DNA of 64,000 nucleotides from Octopus sinensis (Eukaryota), in contig NW_021833116.1 of NCBI RefSeq assembly GCF_006345805.1, positions 1 to 64,000 of the forward strand, read 5' to 3'. Below the pieces are notes generated by a model. The model saw only the letters and a list, made by a program, of their open reading frames with translations. It was not told where the DNA came from and did no database searches. Numbering within the stretch: position 1 is the first letter of the stretch; every line of letters starts with the position of its first letter. Of the stretch, positions 36,867 to 48,939 are shown one piece after another. The position numbers and the translations under genes were made by a program.

Positions 36867-37313
36867 CAGCTTGGGTTGTCAATAAGTGTCTTGTATGACT
36901 TTAAAAGCGTTCTTCTCTCATGACTACGCTCTTTCTTAAGTCTTTTAAATTCAATTTTTTCAAGATATTCGATATTTTTGAGACTTTGAGGGCCATTTTT
37001 TAAATTATCCAACTTTTCAGCCAACAAATATTTGGCCTGTTTTAAATTCAAAGAAGCACTTCTCGATATTTGACACTAAAACGAGTTTTTTGGTATAAAA
37101 ATAAACCTTGGTTGTGATTCCGGTGTCCTTGTGCTTTATAAAACAGCAGGTGTTCCGTCGGTTTACGTTCTGTCCTCCAGGACCAGAACTTTTTATTTTT
37201 TTAATTTCAATTTCATTATCTTTGATGAATGGATATTTAATTTTTGATTTTTGTGCTATTGTATTGAGGGAAATTATTAAATTGTTAGATAATAAATTCC
37301 GTGCACACAACAT
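36866..37313 (-). CDS. MTRFR: Mitochondrial ribosome-rescue GGQ factor (C12orf65/MTRFR-like)
   Basis: SGPGGQNVN, KHKDTGITTK / CQISRS..LNLKQA..LLAEKLD..NG..S, basic C-terminal tail; one intron. Confidence 0.78.
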
Positions 37314-37372
37314 TACAAATTTAAATATTTTATTACATTTTCAAAATTTAAATTTTCAAGTTCTTGTGGTGC

Positions 37373-38217
37373 ATGGCTGGTTCCAAATATGAATATGTTA
37401 AAAAATTCGAAGAAGATCCCAAATGTCTATACAACACCTACATAGTAGCCCGAATAGACGGCAAGTCCTTCCACAGGTCCTCAAAAACATATAAAAAACA
37501 GATTTTCCGAAGACCACAACTTCCAGAAGCCCAACGACCCACGTGCCCTCGCCCTATTGTCACGTGCCTCAGCCTCCCTCTTCGACCTCTTCAAAGATAT
37601 TGTCCTCGCTTATGGACAGAGCGACGAATTCAGTTTTCTCTTCAACCGAAATTGTCAGCTTTTCCAGCGAAGAAAATGGTTTTTTATTATTATTTATTTA
37701 TTTAAAAAATAGTAAAATAATATTAAAAAAATAGTAAAATAATTTCTACTTTGGTAAGTGCACTCAGTTCGGCCTACGTCTTTTACTGGCCTGAATATTT
37801 CGGGGTGGCGACCCTCCTTCGTCCCCCCGTCTTTGACTGCCGCCTGATCTGCCTGCCCACGTGTGCCAATGTGCGGGACTACTTTTCCTGGAGGCAGGCC
37901 GACTGTTGTGTTATATACTGACTGTTAGGCCACATTAATAATTATATAACACTGCCTTTTGGGCCTTGGTTCAACAAGGCGGGAAAAGTAGAAGGGAGAG
38001 TGAAGAGGTCCTTCGAGTGGGGGACATTTTTAAGTTGTAGGGGACATTGGCCAGGGATAAGAATGAGATTTTGTTCACGGATTTTGGGATTAACTACAAC
38101 GATGTGCCACTCTTGTATAGGAAGGGGACTGTCTTGGTTAAAGATGGGGATAATATTGTGGAACTTAATTGTGATATAATTAAAGATGATTTTTGGATTA
38201 AATATTCTTTAATTTAA
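37373..38217 (+). CDS. THG1L: tRNA(His) guanylyltransferase; apparent 1-nt frameshift at ~37942
   Basis: [74 protein letters not shown]. Confidence 0.92.
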
Positions 38218-38287
38218 ATATACTTTTTAATTTAGAATAAATTGTATAAATAATTTGTTTCTTGTTGGCACGTTCTCATTGTCTCAT

Positions 38288-38795
38288 ATGAGATCAAATC
38301 TTGGCACAATTGGTAGTCCTAATGCTGACATATTTTCAGAGGTACCTCGGAACTTTAAGCTTTTGGACGAACTTGAACTTTCTGAAAAAGGTTTTGGAGA
38401 GGGACAATTAGTTGGGGACTTTGTGACAGTTCTGACACGACCCTGACCCACTGGAATGGGATCATCATGGGCCCTTTCAAGGTTTTTCCTACTTATTGGA
38501 CTCCCAAGTCTGCCTACGAGGACAACACGTACTCCCTGGCCATCGAATGTGGGTCTAAATACCCTCAGAAACCGCCTCTGGTCAAATTCCGTACAAAAAT
38601 CAATTTGAAATGTGTAAGGATGGAGACGGGGGAAGTTAGAACTGATTATATTAGTCAGGTTATTACTAGTGAGGTCCCCACCTTGAGGAATTGGAACAGA
38701 AAGTGTGGGATAAGGACGTCCTTCTCGACATAAGGAATTTGATGGCTCACTCAAAAATTAAGAAAAATCAGCAACCTCCACCAGAACTATATTAA
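38288..38795 (+). CDS. UBE2V: Ubiquitin-conjugating enzyme variant (Uev1/Mms2); two apparent 1-nt frameshifts (~38401, ~38714)
   Basis: VPRNFKLLDELE..EKG, ISWGL..D.TLTHWNGIIMGP, IECGSKYP.KPP.VKF.TKINL, DVLLDIRNLM...QPP. Confidence 0.88.
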
Positions 38796-39089
38796 TTCTT
38801 TTTTATTCATTTATAACATTTTTCACTTTTTTTAGTATGTGGCAATTGGCCTAACACCTATTATTATAGTGTGATATTTTGCTGTTTTTGTCAAAATTGT
38901 TGTTTAAAAATTTAGTACTAAACATTGTTTCTTATTTGGAAAGCATTGATGAAAAATCTATTGCTGATTTTAATGACACAATCAGTTTAAACATTGAACA
39001 ATATGGATTATTAAATGTTTTAAAAGGCGATGTTCACTAAATCAAGGCTTGCAAAATTTTCCAATATCAGGGCCAATCATCAAAAAATA

Positions 39090-39767
39090 GGCTTACTCAC
39101 CCATCTGTGTCTTGCACGCTCAACCCATCAGAAGATGAAATTAAGTTCTCAATTCAATCTTTTGGCAAAAGCAGCTGCGGCGGACTTGATGGCCTCCGCC
39201 CGGGCCACATCAAGAACCTCACCTCTCCCTCAACTGGCGAGGCAGACAACTCTCTGATATCCGCTATAGCCGCTTTAGTCGGAAAGATTCTGAATGGGGA
39301 TATCCCCTACTGTGCGAGGGACATGCTTTTCTCAGCACATCTACTTGCATTCCGGAAGAAGGACGGCGGAATCCGTCCCATAGCTGTTGGAAATTATTTC
39401 CGCCGCCTGACTGCTAAATTGGCCTCGAGGATCGTATGTCCCCGCCTAAGTTCCGAACTAGCTCCTTTTCAACTGGGAGTCGGGATTCCAAACGGCTGTG
39501 AAGCTGCCGTACACGCGGCCCGACCGGCCTTGGACCAACACTGCCAAGACTGCCTGCTTTCTGCAGCACACGAGCATAGTGGATCCTGGCTCGACACTTA
39601 CCCAACGTCATCGACGGGTTCCCTATTAGACAACGAAACACTGCGTATCGGGGTCGCTCTTCGGCTGGGGCTCGATGTCTGCGCCCCTCATCCCTGTCGA
39701 TGCGGAGGTACGGTGGACGTGAAAGGCCTTCACCCCCTCTCCTGCCGCCGGAGCCGAAGAGCGACCC
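39090..39767 (+). mobile_element. CRE-clade fragment: RT N-terminal part fused at ~39524 to the pre-endonuclease region
   Basis: GGLDGLRPGH, KKDGGIRPIAVGN, QLGVGIPNGCEAAVHAAR then HSGSWL...ALRLG...CRCG...GLHPLSC. Confidence 0.85.
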
Positions 39768-41490
39768 TCCGAACCTGACGGGAAGTTTCGCTTGAGTCCA
39801 ACCGATTTCGTCAAAGGAAATGTTCAGAACTGCTTCCGTGCAGGATTTCAGTGATTTTTCCAAGTAAGATAGAATGTCTGGATGCGAGTAGCATGGCAGG
39901 CAGCGGAGCGTGTACAGAAGTTTCGGCATATGTATACTGTTTTTCATGAGGAAGAAAGCGATGTGCGAGTCTAACTCCAAGAGACTGCTTGTGAGGTTAC
40001 GGAATTCCATGTCCTTCTTCGCCAGATGGGCCTTTAGGCCAGATGGGCTTAGAGGGTTGCTTCTGATGGCTGGGTTATTTGTGCACCAGTGATGAAGCCT
40101 TGGATTATCATATTGACATTCGGAAAATCCGCCTCAGGGTAGTTGAGGTTTAGGAGTTCCGATTTATCCACGTTAACTTCTAGGCCAAGGTTGCGCAGAG
40201 AAGGGATTAGGCGGGATAGGTCCTCGGTGATGGATTCCACAGAGCCGCCAATGGTGGCGTCGTCCAGGTACCATAAATTGAATGGTGAGAGGATTCATCT
40301 TACAGCCTCGTCGATTGCTAAGGCGAATAGTAATGGTCCAAGAGGGTCGCTTGTTGGACTCCTGTCCGAGAACGGATGACTTTATCCCCAAAGATAAGTG
40401 AGGTGTCTTCCCCGTACGAGAGGAAGACAAGCTGGGAAATCTCCGGAGCCCTCTCGACGCATACCTCCATTATACGGTCCCTCCTGACGCTGTTGAAGGC
40501 ATTACGCAAATCGAGTTTAACAGCCACGTGACAATGGAATAGGGCGTCCTTTGAAAGAAAGAGAGTTCGGGCCGCGTGTACGGCAGCTTCACAGCCGTTC
40601 GGGATCCTGACTCCCAGTTGAAGTGGAGCTAGTTCGGCGCTGAGGCTTAGACTGACGTGTCGTGCGGCAGCTTTAGCGGCAAGCCGGCGGAACAGGTTGC
40701 CAACAGCGATCGGACGAATACCGCCGTCCTTTTTTTCTGAATGCCAGTAGATGAGACGAGAAAAGTAGCTTCGTAGCAAAATTCGGGATGTTCCCGCTCA
40801 ACAACCGGTTTATAAGTGTGGTGATGGCAGTGAGTAGAGTTTGGCCTGCCTCGGCTGTCGTTTGAGAAATAAGGTCTTTTAGGTGCCCTGGGCGTAGTCC
40901 GTCTAGGCCCCCACAGCTGCTTTTCCCGAAAGATTGAATTGAGCGTTTGATTTCCTCGTTCGTCAGAGTTAGAACTGGAGTGTCTCTTGGGCGTTCAAGG
41001 GGTCGGAGGTCGACGGGAGGGTCTGGATGTTTGGTTTTCAGCTTGTCGAAAGCGTCGGGAGTTGGAAGTAAGACCGTGTCGTCGTTCATGACAGTGCGGA
41101 TAGCAGCTCGGATGTCGCCTTCAGCCAGCTTGCTACTGACACGTTCACTCAAGTTCCGCCCGGAATTGTAGTGCAGGTTGGGGTGCTTGTTGTCATTCTT
41201 CGTGGGTTGTGTGAAGGACAAGTTTGCGGGAGAAGTCTTTGATAGAGAGAAGATTTCGCTGATGTTCTGTTTGATTCGTGAGGAGAGAGGTTGTGGGTTT
41301 TTTTCAGTGCGAATTTGAGTCCCGAGGGTCAGAGGGGCAAAGCTGATGAAGCGGGTCCATGCTTCCCAAGTGTCCAACAGAAGCGTATCGTTGATAACAG
41401 TTGACAGGCACATGGCTGCTTGTATGCGGGCAGATTTAGGAATTCGGAGAGGGATTTTTAGAGACCGGCGGAAGCACGATAATTCAACGA
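39768..41490 (-). mobile_element. CRE-clade element (related subfamily), 5'- and 3'-truncated, frameshifted
   Basis: RIPKSARIQAA, GDIRAAIR, GLRPGHL, KLDLRNAFNS, GVQQ, YLDD, QAKLPVRFGG. Confidence 0.88.
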
Positions 41491-41609
41491 GGATAAAATA
41501 ATCGAGTAATAACATGTTATAAAATAATCGAGTTGATGTGAGGAGAAATTTTTTTATTTATTTAAATTCTCAAGATTACAAACATAATCCTTAGAATGAC
41601 CATAAACTT

Positions 41610-41910
41610 CGCTTTCTCATAAAAGAACCGGTCTTACCAGATACGTTTTCAATTAAAGTTCTATTTTTCCGACACCTATACCATTTCAAGTTTAAAGTGG
41701 GTTTTACTAAAAGTAAAGTAATACAAAAAATAATTATTGAGGTAGTAGACAATGCTCCATGCCATTCAGGAATTAAATAAATTGTCAAAAAAGTAATTCA
41801 TCGGATATTATTGCGTCCCTATAGTTTAAAGATTGCGTCCTATAGCCCTATTCTCAACCCAATTAAAAATATTTGGTCAGCATTCAAAGCTGACATAAAA
41901 AGAAACATCT
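41610..41910 (+). mobile_element. Tc1/mariner-like DDE transposase relic
   Basis: VVDNAPCHSG and YSPILNPI.NIWSAFK. Confidence 0.7.
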
Positions 41911-42131
41911 TAACAGACATCAAAGAAACATCGGTCTGTTGGTTTTTTCGTGACAAATATTATTAAGAAGTCTATTATCAAAAAAGTCACATAGTTAGAA
42001 TAAAAAATGCAACACCCGTTGGTTACAAAAAAGACTATTTTCAGTCATGAGATTAAATTTCACAAAACTGATATCAAAAATCTAACATGACAAAATATTG
42101 TACAACATGAAAAATAAAAAAACATTTTTAG

Positions 42132-42550
42132 TCATTTTTTATCTTCGACCATAATAATGTGGTACCCAAACTGAGTCCTGATTGGTGGATCCGTGAATAT
42201 TGGGGAATCCACCTTACTTTTTGCAAGTCCGAATGCAGCCTCCTGGAACTCGAGGACCATCGACCCTTTCGCCATCCACCCCAAATCTCCCTACCATTCC
42301 ACGTGTCACTTTACAACCCCGTGACGAGCTTTGTCCTCACTAAATTCCTCAGCAATTTTCCCAAAGTTTTCGCCTCCTTTTAGCCTAGTGAGGGCTTCGG
42401 CTATTTTTGTGTATTTTTCGCACAGAATGTGGCGAACCTTGACGATTTCAGGGATATTTAAACCTTCACGGAAGTAAACTTCTTTTCTTTTGGCTTATCC
42501 GAAGAGCTCGATGCATTTTTTAAAAGAACTTTGTTTTTGCCTTTTGCCAT
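42132..42550 (-). CDS. PIN4: Parvulin-type peptidyl-prolyl isomerase PIN4/Par14
   Basis: [52 protein letters not shown]; two introns. Fragmented in the ORF track. Confidence 0.93.
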
Positions 42551-42811
42551 GATTTTTATCACCTAAACGGAATGTGAAGTTGAATTTAAATTTAATTAAA
42601 AAATGTTTATTATTTATTAATAAATAAATTAAAATAGATAAATATTCATTAAAATCAAAAAAAAAATTAAAAAATTATATTTTTATTCAAAACTCATTAA
42701 TAGAATAATTTTTTAAAATAAATAATTTAATTAATTTTATAAATAATTTATTTATTATAAATATTAATTTAGCAATAAAATAATTAATTCATAAACATAA
42801 TCGGGTTAAAG

Positions 42812-43680
42812 ATGGAATCTTACAAGTTAGAAGACAGCCTCGATACTCTCATTAAATCGAGCGACTCCTCTGATGAAACGGTAGAAAGATTTCCCCATAT
42901 ATTTTCCAGTGGTTCCGTAGTCGCTGTGCACTCGTCGAAGATTTGGAGTCACGGAAACAGTCTCGGCTGATCATCTGTCACGGAAGTGCAATAGATTTGG
43001 ACATTGCAACAATTTTTGAGTCCAAGAATGTCGTCGATTGTGAAATATTCGGATTCCCCGAACCAAGCAACAAATTTTCGATTCTATTCCAAGACGGACG
43101 TCAAATTCACATGAAGGCTATGGACTCCAAGACATGTGTCCAGTGGTTTTATAATCTAATCCAAAACCAATTTTGTCCAATTCCCTACGAAAATATCCCC
43201 GGTCCCCAACGCGAACAACTTCCCGAAGGCAACAATTCATTTTAGTCATATTTAGAAGAATATCCTGTCACTATCATCTCTTCGGAGATCACCGAACGTC
43301 TGAACTTATTGGGAAAATACATGTTGGTTATAAACAATAATTCGATTCTGCTCAAATCGTTTTCCCAGCCTACAGTAATCTACAAATGGGACTTTACTAA
43401 AATAAGAAAGTATTTTATGAAGGGTGCGACTATTTTTGGGATCGAGGCGGGTTCAAAGTGTGGTCCCTGGTGTGGAAGCTTTAGTTTTAAATGCAGAAAT
43501 TCGCAGTTATTGTCGACTTCTTTCAAATTGAGAATGAAAGAGTTTATTCTTCTTCAAAAAAAGAACAGGGAAACTCAGTTCAGATTTCATACTGAGTCGG
43601 TCACTAATGACGAAGTTGTTGAATACGCGAATGGAAATCTTTAGCTACTGACTATGCTTATTATTCGTTTTATGTCTTTT
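42812..43680 (+). CDS. Dok/IRS-like adaptor (PH + IRS-type PTB); 3' end uncertain
   Basis: PH-like exon ending CVQWFYNL; PTB-like YPVTII..RLNLLGKYML...KWDFTKIRKY..FGIEAGSKC..GSFSFK. Confidence 0.7.
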
Positions 43681-43879
43681 AATCCCAAAATGTATTTTTT
43701 AAGGAATTTTGTTGGCAATCTTCGCACAGTCAAGTTAGGCTGATGAGCAGAAAATTGTAAATTGTTATTTTTGAGAATTAATCTACTGCAGTTACATTTA
43801 TTATTTTTCGGATTATTTTTGGAATTATAGAAAATGTGTGATTTATTAATCAATCTACTAAGTAAAGTCAACAAACTAA

Positions 43880-46800
43880 TAAATTCTCCCAGCGAGACGG
43901 AGGGAACAGCTGTTGCCACGCATCCAATAATCCATTGTTGCTTCCCTTTCTCTTTTTTGTTTTTCTTTTCCTCTTTCTCTTTCTTCTATCTCACCAATAA
44001 TCCATTTATTGCTAATTCTAATTTTCCATATCTATGTCTGTCTGTTCTGTTTGCAATATCCGTAATAATCGGAAAAAGACCATCCGTTGTGACCGTTGTT
44101 ATGCCTTTTTCCATTTATCCTGCATCAAGCTTCTAAGAAATCTGCCTCTTCCCTTTCCCGATGGGTTTGCTCTGCTTGCTCTTCTTTCCCCCCGTCATAT
44201 TCGCTCCTGCCATCTGTACCGGGTCCTCTGATTTTACTAATCCTATCCCTTCGCCGGACCCCTTCCTGCTTAATCCAGAGTCTGTCTTAAGACTCGCTCG
44301 TGATTACCGGGCGTCCTATCGTATTCCTATAAGAATTCCTCGTTCTGCCCGTTTTTCCGCGGCGAAGGCTCTGTCTGCTTTGATCGAGTCAGTCATTTGT
44401 GTTCAGTCCATTCCGAATTGGAACCGTTTGTTTTGCTTTGCCATATTTGCCCTGGGCTCCCCAGTTCAATGCTTGGGCTCGGTAAAATCCCTTTCCTCTT
44501 CCATCAAGGAAAATATTAATAAGTTCATGGAGGATTCCTTCATTCTGCCTCCTCTTCTGGGCAAGTCCCATGAACCAACTACTCTTAAAGATAATCGTAT
44601 TCGTTTACGCAAACGTGTCAATTCCTGCCTTATGGCGCATGATGTCGGCTCTGCGGTCCGTATTCTTTCGTCTTCCGATTCCGTCCGTTCGATAACCCCG
44701 GATGTCCTCAAAATTCTCAGCGCCAAGCACCCGGCTGGCGATGTCCCTGCCTTTTGTGCCCGGACCCCTGAGGAGGTCTCGATCGCCTCTTCATCTGTCC
44801 AACAACTTTTGTTAGCTTTGAAATCTTTCAGGGGGAACTGTAGTGGTGGTGTTGACGGTCTCCGTCCCATTCACTTAATGGACCTCATCTCCAATACTGC
44901 TGAGGCTGGAAACCGTCTTTCTCAATCCATTGCCAAGCTTTGTAACCTATTTCTCCGTGGGGACATATCCGAGCATGCCAGACTGCTCTTCTTCTCTGCG
45001 AACCTGTCTGCTTTGGGGAAGAAAGACGGCGGCATCAGACCTATTGCCGTCGGGAACGTTTTTCGTCGCTTGTTTGCAAAGGTCGGATGCAAGCTTGTAA
45101 TTCCTTCTATTAGCGACGAACTCCAGCCCATTCAGTTGGGTGTGGGGGTACCTGGTGGGTGCGAGGCCCCGGTCCACGCTGCCCGGTGTTTCATTGAATC
45201 GGCTCGTCTCTCAGAGCGGCCCCAGTTATTATTAAAATTGGATGTGAAGAACGCTTTCAATTCGCTCAATAGAAAGCATCTTCTTGAGGTTTGCAAGGCC
45301 AGAATTCCTTCTCTGCTGCCCTTCATTTTTCTTTCTTATGGTAACCCGACCCTCTTGGTTGCTGGCGATTCTTTCATTTCGTCTTCCTGTGGCGTACAGC
45401 AAGGCGATCCTTTGGGTCCTTTATTATTTGCCCTCTCGGTGGACTTTGTCGCCCGCAGGATTGCGTCCCCTCTTAATATTTGGTATTTGGACGACTGTAC
45501 TATTGGTGGTCCGCCCGACATTTTGCTAAACGACTTGCAATCTCTACTCCCGGCGTTGTCATCTATTGGTCTTGAAATCAATTCTCTAAAATCTGAAATC
45601 GTTAATCTTAACGTCGAAGACCTCACCTTCGAAGACCTTTTTGCCCAGTTTCGTGGCCTCTTGCCCGATCTGAGGCAGACCTCTTATTCTGAACTTGAAA
45701 TCCTGGGTGCCCCGATCCACCACCAATCGGTCTCTCGTATTCTCGATTCCAAGAGAAATGCTCTTGCTTCTCTTTGTGATAAACTTGTGGACATCGATCC
45801 CCATCCCGCTTTTTTTATCCTCAAAAACTTTCTTTTGATTCCGAGGATCAATTATGTCCTAAGGAGTTCCTGTTGCTTTTCTGTTCCCTCTGCTTTGGAG
45901 TCTTTTGACGCTCTGGTGCGTTCTTCAGCCGAGATTATTTTTAACGTCAAGTTCGATGATGTCGGTTGGCGTCAGGCCAAACTTCCTGTTCCTTTTGGTG
46001 GGCTTGGGCTCCGCTCGGCTCTCGACATTCTCTTCCCGCTTTCCTTTCATCGTCTTCAGGATTGTATCTTCTTGTCCATAAGATTCTTGAAAAATCGCCC
46101 GGATCTCGTTTGGACTCTGATATTAATTCTGCACTTTTGCTTTGGAAGGAAAAAGGGCTTGAGTTCCCTTCTGACAGGTCCCTCCAACGTGAATGGGATA
46201 AAATTCTTAGTAAGCATCATGCGGACTCGTTGGAGGCTCTCCTGAACCAGCACAGACTGGCTTGTTACCGTGCCAGCCGCCAACCGCATTCTGGCTCTTG
46301 GCTTAACTGCCTTCCTTCGACCCATTTGGACACCTGTCTTGACTCCGACGCCCTCCGTTTTGGCATTTGCCTCCGCCTCGGACTTCCGATCTGTAGTCCC
46401 CACCCCTGCCGGTGCGGATCTACTATGGACGTATACGGGCTCCATGCCCTCTCCTGCAAGAAAAGCGCGGGTCGTATTCCACGCCATTCGGCGATTAACA
46501 GAATCATTCTCGACTCACTCGAAAAGGCCGGCTACCCTTCTGTCCTTGAGCCTAAGGGTCTCGACCGTGGTGACGGGAAAAGGCCGGACGGCTCTACGTT
46601 GTTCTCGTTTTATTCTGGGAGACCTTTGGTCTGGGATTCCACTTGTGTGGATACCTTCTCAAAGTCTTTCATCAACGAATCGGCCTCTCTTGCTGGGTCT
46701 CGTGCTAATAAGGCTGAGCTTTCGAAGTGCCGGAAATATCAGTCTTTGATGGATGACTTTTGGTTTTGGCCAATCGTTGTCGAGACTTCCGGCGTCTTTG

Positions 46801-46890
46801 GCTCCGGGACCCTCACTTCCCTAAAGAAACTGGGACATCTTTGTTCTTCGCGGCCAAGGACCCTAGGGAATTTACTTTCCTCATTTAGAA
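43880..46890 (+). mobile_element. Near-full-length CRE-clade non-LTR retrotransposon with N-terminal PHD finger; four -1 frameshifts; extreme C-terminus missing
   Basis: CSVC-CDRC-FHLSC-WVCSAC; RT GIRPIAVG, KLDVKNAFNS, GVQQGDPLGP, WYLDD; REL KRPDG...VWD.TC.DT...K.RKY..PIVVETSG. Confidence 0.88.
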
Positions 46891-46964
46891 AATGTTATTT
46901 TGAAATAGAAGAACAGTCAATTTTGTTATGAAATATTTGTTCCAGGAAAAAATAATTTAATTAA

Positions 46965-48298
46965 TCAAATTTTTAAATTATTATTTTGATATCCCATTTT
47001 ATGCCATAAAATATTTTCGAGGACCGCAGTTTGAACTTTACTGCCACGCAAAGCCTTTTCTAAATTGCCAGAAGCCAATTTAATCCGGTTTAAGGGCACT
47101 GCCGGATTCAAAAAATACAAAAAATTACAGCTATCAGTCATTTGATTTCCCCTCTCCTCCATTTGTTGTTTTATAGTTCCAAGTTCAACATTAATCTACA
47201 TTCGTTCAAAAAATGAACTTTTTGTAGATCCTCCAAGCTAGACTGGACACGTGCTTCTGTTTGCCTGCATTTGTCAGTCACGTGGGCATGTTGGGCCTGT
47301 ACCTCTCGAAATTCGGCCATCATCCCACTCAGTTCGTCGTTTAAATATTTATCACGTGATTTGATAAGAGAAAGACTTTTGTCTATTTCTGTACGAATGT
47401 GACTCAATTTGGCTGTCAGGGCGGGAAATGCCAAGTCTATGGCGGCCTGTGAGTCCTTCATTTGGCTTAATCGTGATCTCCAGTCCTTGAATCTCCCCCA
47501 AAGTCAGTACCTTGTCATTTGTTGCCACAGTGATTCTCAAATGAGGCAAAACTCGATTTACTTCAAGTTCCCACTGAATTTTGTCAGTTTTAGAGCTCAA
47601 AATTGACTTGACTGGGTCCTCAATATTGTAGCTTAAAGTAGATAAGACGTTTAAATTCATTCCTTCATCTTCCTCCTCTAAATCAGTGCTTTGAGTGAGA
47701 TCCTCTTCGTTCTCGGTGACTTGTTCATCATTGGATTCCTCGAAATAAGTTGGTCTTGAAAGGTCAGTCACATCCGCAAACCTGTTCCACCGAAAGTTGG
47801 TGGTTTCAAGGGCCAATGAAGCCAGAAAGTTGAGCACGTGTGTACATTCAAGTCCCCATCCTGCTCTGAGGCGGTTTAGGGGGATTTCTTTATCAAATCC
47901 CTCAAAATGAAGTTATGCTTATACTAGTTGTTTTGAGAGCTCTAAAATAGTTTGGAGAAGAGTATTTGGGTCGTCAGACTAAAAAATGTATAAAAATACT
48001 ACTTCGTTAGGATAGCTGATGTTTTTTCCGCATTTATTGATTAGCCAGGCAGAAACTGAGACAAACATGAAAAATTGTTCTCCGCCGGGTTTTTGGGTGG
48101 CAAAATAATGTCTACGATATTTGCTTGGAGGTACCTCGTTATGGGCTGGTAGGAAAATTGGTTTTTGACAAGAAATTCTTTTTCATAGTCAAGGAGCTTG
48201 AGGATGTGGAAGATGTCGTCCATTAGGACAAACAGTTCGTATTCTATCTCATTTTTATTACTTTCCCTAATTTATAAATATAGCATTAAAATGTACAT
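46965..48298 (-). CDS. IFT57: Intraflagellar transport protein 57 (Hippi)
   Basis: EYELFVLMDDIFHILKLLDYEKEFL, WELEVNRVLPHL, EMEERGNQMTD..PLNRIK; start codon inferred to be split by intron 48267-48296. Confidence 0.85.
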
Positions 48299-48939
48299 TT
48301 TGTTATTTCCTTGGTAATTAAAAAATTATTTTAATAATGATTTATTAAATATATTAATTATATATTTAATTAAAATTGAGCTTTTAGAGTGGATAGGGAA
48401 CTTCCCCTTTTTGTTCTCTTCTCCGAAAACCGAGTGTCCATAATTTGATAGGCCCTCGACCGTTATTGCCGACTATTCATTGACATTCCTGCTGGATATG
48501 TCCTCGAAATGTTTGGAAGTTTGTCGGAATTATATGACGACATGCAATTTATGGGTATTCTCTTTTATGAAATTATGGAAAATGTTGAACTTCACTTTAC
48601 GGGAGACCTAATCCCTTGAAATTTTGTGAGAAAATATGCCTTCTGGATCCCAATAACTCAGTACGCAGATTGATGGTCGTCGACAATGCATTTGTCGCGC
48701 GGATAGCCATGACTATTTAAAAATACAACCGTAAAACTCAGTCAAGCAAGACAAACGGTCAATACAGTGTTAACTACTCTGATTGGTAATGTCGCTGCTA
48801 CATTTTCAGCAAATATGGTTATGAGCAAAGTCACTGGGGGAACTATAGATAGTCAGGTGGGGAGTGTCGTAGCATGTTTTATTAACTCTCTTTCATTAGA
48901 TTTAATTGTGAAATACCAAACTACCACATAGAGGACCGT

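Noticed and set aside
43738-43756. Hammerhead-like CTGATGA..GAAA
   Set aside because: No room for stem II and no flanking stems
48380-48930. Moderately GC-rich tract between IFT57 and the RTE fragment
   Set aside because: No recognisable ORF, repeat or motif
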